From a virus (taxonomy: Duplodnaviria; Caudoviricetes), in the IMG/VR virus record IMGVR_UViG_3300037212_000010, positions 1 to 47,058 of that record: a DNA stretch of 47,058 bases; one strand, written 5' to 3'. Every line of letters starts with the position of its first letter. The stretch's first letter is position 1. Shown here one piece after another: positions 17,234 through 24,452 of this stretch. The notes below the pieces were generated by a model. It was not told the DNA's origin. It was given only the letters and a program-made list of their open reading frames with translations, and ran no database searches. Both the position numbers and the translations under genes were made by a program.

Positions 17234-17295
17234 CCAAGAACCGGACGGCGTTTCCTCCGCCTCCTAAAGGGGGCGGCTTCCACGCCGAGGATATT

Positions 17296-17412
17296 GTGAG
17301 GCGCGCCATACGCCACGCGCTGGCCTGGCTCGTCGAGCTGTCACTGCGGGCGTGTGTCGAGTTCAGCTTTTGGATCATTCGGCTGGCCAGTTGGACGTGG
17401 GGACGGCGATGA
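17296..17412 (+). CDS. 38-aa hydrophobic small protein
   Basis: VRRAIRHALAWLVELSLRACVEFSFWIIRLASWTWGRR*; ATGA-coupled to next gene; was GTGA-coupled before the IS insertion. Confidence 0.5.
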   Translation: MRRAIRHALAWLVELSLRACVEFSFWIIRLASWTWGRR

Positions 17413-17591
17413 CAATCGAGGTCCGGGCGCGACTAGAGAAGGCGATCGAGAGATACGCAGACGAGCGTTGTCCGTTTAGCGAGGTCGTTTTCGCTATTGA
17501 AGCTTACGTGGAGTTTCGAGTTGCTGAGGCAATCAAAGCGCAATGGACGCGGGCGTGGAAAGACCTTGGGAAAGGGACGGCCAAGCGATGA
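17409..17591 (+). CDS. Hypothetical protein
   Basis: ATGA overlaps on both sides. Confidence 0.55.
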   Translation: MTIEVRARLEKAIERYADERCPFSEVVFAIEAYVEFRVAEAIKAQWTRAWKDLGKGTAKR

Positions 17592-17716
17592 GCGACTGGC
17601 GCGCCACCGTGGGACGACTCCTGTGCTGGCTTGGACTGCACAAGTGGTACGAGGTCACGCCGGGTCTTGGATGTTGCTGGCGCGACGGATGCGACGAGTG
17701 GAGGTCATGCCCATGA
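17588..17716 (+). CDS. Small Zn-binding protein (DUF1660-like)
   Basis: RLLCWLGLHKW...CWRDGC; ATGA overlaps. Confidence 0.55.
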   Translation: MSDWRATVGRLLCWLGLHKWYEVTPGLGCCWRDGCDEWRSCP

Positions 17717-18222
17717 TTAGCGGCTGGAGGATCACTGTTGCGATGCTCGTACTCGGCGCGGCCGTGTGCTGTTCGCGATGCGCGCGCGCCACGACCACGG
17801 AAGACGCTCTAGCCGTCGCATGCCCGGGGCATCAATACCTAGCGCCAATGATCGACGAGTCGGCGCGCAAGTACCTCCAGCACCCCGTCCATCTTGTCGC
17901 CCTCATCCTGCGCGAGTCGACCTGTAACCCGAACGCGATCGGCAGAGAAGTCCACGGTCGCGTCGGCATGGGGCTCGGGCAGCCGCTGACCAACTCGCCG
18001 GCCGCGAATGGTCTAAGCCGTGAAGAGCTGAAAGACCCGCAGAAGAACCTGGACGCAAGTGCGCGCTGGTTGGCGATGATGGCCGTGATGTGCGGTGACG
18101 CCGGATTCGGCGCCTACGCCAGCGGGAAGTGCGGCGGCGGAAAGAAGTACGCCAAGCGGATGGCGAGGACCATCGCGCGCATCTGGCGGCTGATTCACGA
18201 TCGCGGACAGGCACGAAGTTAA
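17713..18222 (+). CDS. Exported lytic transglycosylase (SLT family); alternative start 17707
   Basis: Signal-peptide-like N-terminus; ALILRES (catalytic E), GMGLGQ, DPQKNL..SARWL, AYASG. Confidence 0.8.
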   Translation: MISGWRITVAMLVLGAAVCCSRCARATTTEDALAVACPGHQYLAPMIDESARKYLQHPVHLVALILRESTCNPNAIGREVHGRVGMGLGQPLTNSPAANGLSREELKDPQKNLDASARWLAMMAVMCGDAGFGAYASGKCGGGKKYAKRMARTIARIWRLIHDRGQARS

Positions 18223-18225
18223 GCG

Positions 18226-18255
18226 TTGCAAACCCGCCGGCGGTTCGGATAGATT
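18226..18255 (+). promoter_or_regulatory. Sigma70-type promoter with dyad in spacer
   Basis: TTGCAA, 18 bp, TAGATT; AACCCGCCGGCGGTT dyad; ATG at 18263. Confidence 0.55.
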
Positions 18256-18262
18256 CCGCAAG

Positions 18263-18439
18263 ATGGAGAAGCGAACATGGAAACCCTACGAAATTACCGA
18301 AATTGCCGTGATCGCCAAGGTGGACCCCAAGACGGTTCGCCGGCATCTTGTTCTCGGTAAGCCGATGCGGATTCGCAATCTAGAGGCCATAGAGAAGGCA
18401 GTGCTGGCCTTCGACAAGAAGCGCGGAGGTGGTCGGTAA
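18263..18439 (+). CDS. 58-aa LacI-like HTH protein (absent from ORF track)
   Basis: MEKRTWKPYEITEIAVIAKVDPKTVRRHLVLGKPMRIRNLEAIEKAVLAF...; TAATG-coupled to next gene. Confidence 0.7.
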   Translation: MEKRTWKPYEITEIAVIAKVDPKTVRRHLVLGKPMRIRNLEAIEKAVLAFDKKRGGGR

Positions 18440-18749
18440 TGGCACCCAAACAAAAGCCACACAGGTCGAAGCAGGACTATCGGACCCCGCCAGAGTTCCT
18501 ATTGCCGACATTGAGCCATGGGCGAAGAAGTCAGCCTTGCACAGACATGCTGGTCGCACGTTCATGCTCGTCCCGGCGAGCGTCGGCTCAAACTGGTACG
18601 CTGAACACGTCCACGGCATCGCACATGTGGTGGCCCTGTCGCCGCGGCTCATGTTCATAGGCGAAACGAACCCGTATCCCAAGGATCTGGCGCTGCTCAT
18701 TTGGAGCTCCGTGTGTGGCGGCTTCAGCACCTGGAGATGGAAACCGTGA
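18439..18749 (+). pseudogene. Phage Dam-type N6-adenine methyltransferase with internal deletion/frameshift
   Basis: N-part SKQDYRTPPEFL in one frame, C-part ADIEPWAKK..MLVPASVGSNWY..PRLMFIG..YPKD in another; junction ~18500; central region with the NPPx motif missing. Confidence 0.72.
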
Positions 18750-18770
18750 CCGACCAAGGAGGAAAGTAAT

Positions 18771-19259
18771 ATGGCCAAGGACCCGAAAGAACTGAAGAAG
18801 AACGACAAGATCAAAATCAGCATCACCAGCCAGAAGCTCCCGGTGAAGCTGGATGACGACACCTTGCTCGAGCGCGGGAGGCAGCTCGTTCAGAACATGC
18901 GCAAGGTCGCGGCAGCCGAGGATGCGAAGAAGCTCGAAAACAAGCGCCGCGACGGGGAGATCTCGCTGCTTGAGGAGGTAACATCACTGCTTTCGGCTAT
19001 CATCTCGACCGGTTCGGAAGAGCGCGAGGTCGAGTGCGAGGTTCGCCGGGACTACCTGCGCGGCAAGGTGACGACGTTCCGAAGCGACACCGGCGAGCAA
19101 ATCGACGAACGAATCATGACGGCAGACGAGCGCCAAGAGCTGATGTTCGCCGAGAAGGAAGCCCGCGACCCGGCGAAGGGCAAGGGCGGCGACCCCTTCG
19201 GCGGTGACAAGGGCGGCGGCGATGGCGGCGAAGGAAACGGAGAGGGACTGGCCTTCTAG
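18771..19259 (+). CDS. Conserved phage hypothetical protein
   Basis: AGGAGG RBS; EREVECE...RSDTGE..DER.MT..ERQ pattern. Confidence 0.7.
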   Translation: MAKDPKELKKNDKIKISITSQKLPVKLDDDTLLERGRQLVQNMRKVAAAEDAKKLENKRRDGEISLLEEVTSLLSAIISTGSEEREVECEVRRDYLRGKVTTFRSDTGEQIDERIMTADERQELMFAEKEARDPAKGKGGDPFGGDKGGGDGGEGNGEGLAF

Positions 19260-19261
19260 CC

Positions 19262-19972
19262 ATGCTCGTGAGCGCCGAAAAGATGGACCCGCAAACTGGA
19301 CTCGCCCACTGGACCCGCGCGGAAGACGTGCGCCACCCGTGGGCGAGACAGGAGATTCAGGACGAGCTGCGCGGGTGGATCCGGGAGGCCGAGAACGCGG
19401 ACAAGCTCACGGCCGCGGGCGAGAAGGTGATGCCCCTGCTCCTGTCGGGCGAGAGTCGGTGCGGGAAGACCTCGACGCTTTGCTGGCTCGCGCACACGTA
19501 TTTTGGCGTGCCAGCATTCCGCGCCAGCATCGGCTCGATGATCGGTGGCTACATGGGGGAGACGACCAAGGCGTTCCGGGCTGCCATTGTCGAGGCCATG
19601 AATGGGCCGGAGGGCCTCTACGTGATGGACGAGGTCGACGGCATCTTTCAGCAGCGGCAAGCCGGCGCGCACGGAGGGGCGACGCAGGAAATGAACGCCG
19701 CTATCGCCACGGCGCTGTCGCTGATCGAAAGTCTGCCCCAGCACCTGATGCTGGTCGCGACCACCAACGAGCCGAAGATCATCGACAGGGCAATGCTGGC
19801 GCGGTTCACGTGCGTCGCGTTCCCGGCGTGGTCAGAGCTCGACGACAGTGAGCGCCGAGAGTTCGCAAAGTCGCATCAGATGGAAGATGCGTGGAGCGCG
19901 CACTCGTACGCCGAGGCTGTGCAGCTTGCCCGCCGCGATCGGGTAGGCAGAATCCTGGCGAAGACCACATGA
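19262..19972 (+). CDS. Stand-alone classical AAA+ ATPase
   Basis: LLLSGESRCGKT, pore loop GGYMGET, VMDEVD, SRH ATTNEPKIIDRAMLARF. Confidence 0.82.
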   Translation: MLVSAEKMDPQTGLAHWTRAEDVRHPWARQEIQDELRGWIREAENADKLTAAGEKVMPLLLSGESRCGKTSTLCWLAHTYFGVPAFRASIGSMIGGYMGETTKAFRAAIVEAMNGPEGLYVMDEVDGIFQQRQAGAHGGATQEMNAAIATALSLIESLPQHLMLVATTNEPKIIDRAMLARFTCVAFPAWSELDDSERREFAKSHQMEDAWSAHSYAEAVQLARRDRVGRILAKTT

Positions 19973-20502
19973 TTTTCGTCGGTGTAGACGCTGGAAAGTA
20001 CGGGGCTGTCGGCGCTGTGAACGCGGACGGCACCAAGGTCCGCGTCTGGGACATGCCACTCGACAAGGACAACCAGCTCGACTTCCGCGCCATGGGCCGC
20101 GCCTTCGACGAGCTGCTTGCCTTCGACTCGTGCCTCGACGTTACGATCGAGGCCATCAATCCGATGCCCCACAAGATCGACGGGGTTCGGGTAGGCCGCG
20201 GCAGCATCTCCTCGCTCAAGCTTGGCATCAGCTACGGTGCATGGAGGCTGGAGATTGCGAGCCGCGGGATCGTGCCCCACTGTGTGGACCCGGCAAGGTG
20301 GAAGGCCATCATGTTGGGCGGGCTGCCAAAGGGTAAGCAGACGTCGGTGGACCACGCGAGCCGACTGTTCCCATCTTTCGCGCACCTGTTCCGCGGGCCG
20401 AAGGGTGGTCTACTCGACGACCGGGCGGAGGCCGTGTTGCTGGCCGAGCTCGGGCGACGAACCTGGAAGATGCTACACGGCCGCGCAACCGGCCCAGCTT
20501 GA
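19969..20502 (+). CDS. RuvC-like Holliday junction resolvase
   Basis: MIFVGVDAGKYG, VTIE, VDPARWK, DDRAEAVLLA. Confidence 0.85.
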   Translation: MIFVGVDAGKYGAVGAVNADGTKVRVWDMPLDKDNQLDFRAMGRAFDELLAFDSCLDVTIEAINPMPHKIDGVRVGRGSISSLKLGISYGAWRLEIASRGIVPHCVDPARWKAIMLGGLPKGKQTSVDHASRLFPSFAHLFRGPKGGLLDDRAEAVLLAELGRRTWKMLHGRATGPA

Positions 20503-20531
20503 CTCCGCACCTATCGTCACGTATCGTCACG
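20499..20531 (+). promoter_or_regulatory. Sigma70-type promoter overlapped by tandem TATCGTCACG x2
   Basis: TTGACT 20499-20504, 17 bp, TATCGT 20522-20527; repeat 20512-20531; predicted +1 is the A of ATG 20534. Confidence 0.55.
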
Positions 20532-20533
20532 GC

Positions 20534-20752
20534 ATGGAGGTAGTCACCATGTCGAAGTCAAGTCAAATCATTGCCGAAAGCCTGGTCGTGGACGTCGAAT
20601 GTCCAAACGGCTGCCTCGCATGTGCCGAGGTCAACCGAGAGCGCCAGGATCGCCGCGAACGCATTCTCGCCGCGCAGGCCGCGCTACTCGACGAGCCCGT
20701 GCTCAGTGTGGTGGCAACGGTCGCGCACGAGACATCGCGACTCGCCGCTTGA
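20534..20752 (+). CDS. Small Cys-containing protein (alternative start 20549)
   Basis: MEVVTMSKSSQ...ECPNGCLAC; GGAGG before ATG 20549. Confidence 0.5.
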   Translation: MEVVTMSKSSQIIAESLVVDVECPNGCLACAEVNRERQDRRERILAAQAALLDEPVLSVVATVAHETSRLAA

Positions 20753-20784
20753 CAAGGCTCGTCCCGGTTCCGTAGGGTAGGGCC

Positions 20785-20847
20785 TTACACCCTTTCCCGG
20801 GTCGGATGGCCCCCTTCGATTGGTCTCGGAGGGGGCCGAGTTTTTTT
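20785..20847 (+). ncRNA. Candidate ~63-nt small RNA with pyrimidine-rich anti-RBS seed
   Basis: Preceded by TTGACA-18-TAGGGT (20749-20778), ends in a terminator, no ORF; seed CCTTTCCCGGGTCG. Confidence 0.4.
20808..20847 (+). terminator. Rho-independent terminator
   Basis: GGCCCCCTTCGA/TCGGAGGGGGCC stem followed by T7. Confidence 0.88.
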
Positions 20848-20863
20848 GTGGGGCGTTTTGTTG

Positions 20864-20892
20864 TTGCAACCGTATTACGGCCGTGGTATCTT
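20864..20892 (+). promoter_or_regulatory. Class-A promoter/operator, copy 1 (leaderless)
   Basis: TTGCAA-CCGTATTACGGCCGTGG-TATCTT; +1 is the A of ATG 20899. Confidence 0.75.
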
Positions 20893-20898
20893 AAAACC

Positions 20899-21168
20899 AT
20901 GGAAACGACGACGCAGACCACGACGACAAAGACCGCCACCGCCACCGCCACCACTAGAGTGACCTTCGACACCAGCCCCTTCGTGCGGAGCCACTTTTAT
21001 GCCCCCCGTGGCCGCGGGTCCTGGGCCTTCAGTACCGAAAGCAACCCGGACGTGCTCGGACCAACGATGCTCTGGAGTCCGTCGATGACTTTTGGCGAGG
21101 CCAAAAGTTGGGCGCGCCAGCAGGTGCAAGGTCGTGGCCGGCGCCTCACTCTTTTTGTGCAGCCGTAG
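20899..21168 (+). CDS. Early hypothetical protein with Thr-rich N-terminus
   Basis: ATG at predicted +1; SHFYAPRGRGSWAF motif. Confidence 0.65.
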   Translation: METTTQTTTTKTATATATTRVTFDTSPFVRSHFYAPRGRGSWAFSTESNPDVLGPTMLWSPSMTFGEAKSWARQQVQGRGRRLTLFVQP

Positions 21169-21195
21169 AGAGACTGTCGAGGAGGCGCGCTAGTC

Positions 21196-21309
21196 ATGAA
21201 GACATCGACACAGAAGCTGATCACCACGATTGACCGCGAATTTGCCCGCGCACTGAAGGAGCTGGCCGCCATTCGCGCGGCGCAGGCGAAGGCGATTCGC
21301 AACCGATAA
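21196..21309 (+). CDS. 37-aa helical small protein
   Basis: GAGGAGG RBS; MKTSTQKLITTIDREFARALKELAAIRAAQAKAIRNR. Confidence 0.5.
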   Translation: MKTSTQKLITTIDREFARALKELAAIRAAQAKAIRNR

Positions 21310-21341
21310 CCCGAACCGAGCGACACCGGGAAAGGAAGACC

Positions 21342-21683
21342 ATGACCATGGGAACCCAGACTGCGACCTCAATCAAGCGCCTCGCCAAAAGCGTCTTCGA
21401 GACCAGGACGACGCGATTCAAGATCATCGCGCGCGCCACCTACACAATGTGCGACTACTGGGACGGCGGCTCGCGCGAGTACTGCCGGGCCATCAACCTG
21501 TCCACTGGGGAGATTCGGCAGCCCTTCGACGGCGCTCTGATTCCATGGCGCGGGCTCGCGAACGCCACCTTCCCAATCCCGGCAGGAGTCGGGATCCTCG
21601 TGCACTCCATCTTCTGCGGCCACGACCGAGGAATCACGCTGTACGTGGCGCCTGGCAACCAACTGGCGGAGGTGAGCCGGTGA
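21342..21683 (+). CDS. Early hypothetical protein
   Basis: GGAAAGGA RBS; YWDGGSR and HSIFCGHDRGITLYV motifs. Confidence 0.7.
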   Translation: MTMGTQTATSIKRLAKSVFETRTTRFKIIARATYTMCDYWDGGSREYCRAINLSTGEIRQPFDGALIPWRGLANATFPIPAGVGILVHSIFCGHDRGITLYVAPGNQLAEVSR

Positions 21684-21901
21684 CCACCAATTGGAACACG
21701 GCATGGAGCCTGGAGCGCGCCGTTGCGTTCCTAGGCACCCAGCACGTCGCATGGCTCAGGACCTGTCCCCACCCGGCTGGCACGGCTGAGTCGCGCGCCC
21801 ACGGCGCATGGATGGCAAACGACGGAGAGGACTTCGCTGCCTACAACGCAATCGCCAAGCATTTCAGAGAGACTTCGACACGGGAAGGAAACCGACCATG
21901 A
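21680..21901 (+). CDS. Hypothetical protein
   Basis: GGAGG RBS; GTGA/ATGA overlaps. Confidence 0.55.
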   Translation: MTTNWNTAWSLERAVAFLGTQHVAWLRTCPHPAGTAESRAHGAWMANDGEDFAAYNAIAKHFRETSTREGNRP

Positions 21902-23736
21902 CCACATTCGACGCTACGTACTCCGCAGAGGACGACAAGATCCGCATCCGCGCCAGCGCTCGCCTGGACGCCGAGACCTACGCACGCGTGAAGGCGGCAG
22001 GCTTTGGCTGGGCGCCCAAGCAGGAGGTGTTCTACGCCATCTGGTCGCCCGGCCGCGAGGACCTGGCAGTCGAGCTGGCAGGAGGCGAGCTCGAGGACGA
22101 GGAAACCACTCTTGCGGAGAGGGCCGAGGCCCGGGCGGATCGATTCGCTGGCTACAAGGAGAACCGAACGCGAGACGCGGAGAGTGCGCAGCGAGCGGTG
22201 CACGCCATCGCGGACAACATCCCAATGGGTCAACCAATTTTGCTCGGGCATCATAGCGAGCGCCACGCCCGCCGGGACGCCGAGAAGATCCAGAACGGCA
22301 TGCGCAAGTCGGTGAAGATGTGGGAGACGGCCGCCTACTGGCAGAGCCGCGCAGCAGGCGCCATCGCGGCGGCGAAGTACAAGGAGATCCCGGCGGTGCG
22401 GGCCCGCCGAATCAAGAAGCTCGAGTCCGAGCGCCGCGGCTTCCAGCGCGATACCGACAAGTCCCAGCTCGCCCTCGACATGTGGGCACAGGATCCGATC
22501 ACGCTCGAGCGGGCGAAGCTCATCTGCAACCACAACCACTACAGCGCGTGTTTCAAGCTGGCCGAGTACCCGCGCCAGCTGCCGGCGTCGCAATACGAGG
22601 GCAGCATGTCGTTCTGGTCTGCCCTCGATGACGGCATCATCACGGCGGCGCAGGCCAAAGCCATGGCCGTCGATGCGAGCACCCGAGCTATCGCCCACCG
22701 CGCCCGCTGGATCTCCCACCTTGATAATCGGATCGCCTACGAGCGGGCCATGCTGGGAGAGTCCGGCTACGTTCCCCCTCCCAAGAAGGCGAGCCGGGCA
22801 GAGCTGCCGCTCCTGAATTACGCGGGCAAGGTCGCCTACCGCCGACGATTTCAGAAGAGTGAGATCGTCGAATGCGAAGCCACGCCGATGCTCAAAGCCG
22901 ACTACGCCAAGATCGGCAGCGACTACCGGGGCACGGTGATTTCTGCGTGTGGCACGCATCGGCTGCGGACGTGTTTGATCAAGCACGCTTACCACGTGGT
23001 GGTGCTGACCGATTCCAAGCAGCACCCGCGACCCGACGCCGTAACCGTGGAAGCTCAGGCCGAGAAGGACGAAGCCGCGCGCGACCTGTTGTTGGCCCGC
23101 AAGACGGACGAGATGCGGGCACGTACCGAGGCCAGCAAGGCGCAGGCGCCCGAGCGCGAGAAGGCAGCACAAGAGGCCGCGCCATTCGAGGCGGTCAAGC
23201 AGGCGTTGAAATCCGGGGTTCAGGTCGTGGTGGCGCCGCAGCTCTTCCCGACGCCTCCGGCACTGGCGGCCCGCATGGTAGAACTGGCCGGCATCGAGAC
23301 GGGCGACCGAGTGCTCGAGCCCAGCGCGGGAACGGGGAGCATTCTGCGGGCACTTCTCCCCGCTAGCCGCCAGCAAACCGCCGAGATTGTTGCGGTGGAG
23401 ATCAATCGTAGCCTCGCTGACATCCTTGAATCCTCGCACCTAGCCGACTCGGTAGCGTGCTTCGATTTTCTCTCGCTCAAGCCGTGCGCTCTTGGCGAAC
23501 CATTCGAGCGCATCGTCGCCAACCCGCCCTTCCACGGCGCTTCCGACGTGGACCACGTCAAGCACGCGCTGCAATTCCTCCGCCCAGGCGGTCGACTGGT
23601 CGCGATCTGTGCAAACGGGCCACGCCAGCAAGCCGAACTGAAGCCATTGGCCACCACATGGGAAGAGCTACCAGACGGTACTTTCGCCGACCAGGGCACG
23701 AACGTCCGCACGGTGCTGATGACGGTGCAAGCGTGA
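21898..23736 (+). CDS. DUF3560-domain protein fused to an N6-adenine-type methyltransferase
   Basis: IPMGQPILLGHHSERHARRD (DUF3560-like); C-terminal LFPTP, VLEPSAGTG, AVEIN, IVANPPF. Confidence 0.85.
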   Translation: MTTFDATYSAEDDKIRIRASARLDAETYARVKAAGFGWAPKQEVFYAIWSPGREDLAVELAGGELEDEETTLAERAEARADRFAGYKENRTRDAESAQRAVHAIADNIPMGQPILLGHHSERHARRDAEKIQNGMRKSVKMWETAAYWQSRAAGAIAAAKYKEIPAVRARRIKKLESERRGFQRDTDKSQLALDMWAQDPITLERAKLICNHNHYSACFKLAEYPRQLPASQYEGSMSFWSALDDGIITAAQAKAMAVDASTRAIAHRARWISHLDNRIAYERAMLGESGYVPPPKKASRAELPLLNYAGKVAYRRRFQKSEIVECEATPMLKADYAKIGSDYRGTVISACGTHRLRTCLIKHAYHVVVLTDSKQHPRPDAVTVEAQAEKDEAARDLLLARKTDEMRARTEASKAQAPEREKAAQEAAPFEAVKQALKSGVQVVVAPQLFPTPPALAARMVELAGIETGDRVLEPSAGTGSILRALLPASRQQTAEIVAVEINRSLADILESSHLADSVACFDFLSLKPCALGEPFERIVANPPFHGASDVDHVKHALQFLRPGGRLVAICANGPRQQAELKPLATTWEELPDGTFADQGTNVRTVLMTVQA

Positions 23737-24452
23737 CTGCCGTCATTCTAGGCGACGGCATCGCTGGCATGCTCGCGATCGAGCCTGGCTCCGCGTCCCT
23801 CGTTCTCTCCGACCTTCCATCGGGTGAGACGCAAGCCGAGTTCGACGTAGCGCCCGACCTGGCGCGCCTATGGCCGGCTATCTGGCATTGCCTCGCGCCC
23901 GACGGCATCGCCGTGTTGATGGCGTCGTCGCTCCGCTTCGCCTCCAAGGTATATTGCTCGCAGGAAAGCTTCTTCCGCCACGATCTCGTGTGGTCCAAGA
24001 GCCTCGCGACCGGACACCTGAACGCGTCCAGAGCGCCGCTGCGCTCGCACGAGTTCGCGCTGGTGTTCTTGCGCGAGTCGGGCACCTACAACCCGCAAAT
24101 GATGACTGGGGCGTCGCCTATCCATGCGGCCCGCCGAGGAGCGCATGGCGAGAACTATGGCCACGCCACCGGAGTCACGCACGCTCGGGCCGGCGCCACC
24201 GATCGCTATCCCGTGTCCGTGCTCGAATTCGGCTCGGTCGGTACGTCAAGCAAAGAACGCGTGCACCCACAGCAGAAGCCGGTGTCGCTGCTCAGTTGGC
24301 TGATTCGCACTTACTCGAACCCTGGCGAGCTCGTGGTCGACCCGTACGCGGGCAGCGGAAGCACGGGCAAAGCAGCCGAGACTGAAGGGCGTCGATTCAT
24401 CGGATGGGACTCGTGCGTACGCTTCGGGCGCGCGCTCGGAGGCGCCTCGTGA
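23733..24452 (+). CDS. Class beta N4/N6 DNA methyltransferase with atypical catalytic motif (DLPS)
   Basis: LVLSDLPSG, LVWSK, HE, HPQQKPVSL, VVDPYAGSGSTG. Confidence 0.82.
   Translation: MTAVILGDGIAGMLAIEPGSASLVLSDLPSGETQAEFDVAPDLARLWPAIWHCLAPDGIAVLMASSLRFASKVYCSQESFFRHDLVWSKSLATGHLNASRAPLRSHEFALVFLRESGTYNPQMMTGASPIHAARRGAHGENYGHATGVTHARAGATDRYPVSVLEFGSVGTSSKERVHPQQKPVSLLSWLIRTYSNPGELVVDPYAGSGSTGKAAETEGRRFIGWDSCVRFGRALGGAS

Larger units (their letters stand above)
16054..17295 (-). mobile_element. Non-autonomous IS200/IS605-family (IS1341-like, tnpB-only) element, ~1242 bp
   Basis: On - strand: left end AATATCCTCGGCGTGGAAGCCGCCCCCTTTAGGAGGCGGAGG preceded by (C)TCAC; right end AAAGCTGCCTGCTTTAGCTGGCAGTCCATTTAC; removal restores a GCG-TGA/GTG gene overlap; no tnpA. 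Confidence 0.85.
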
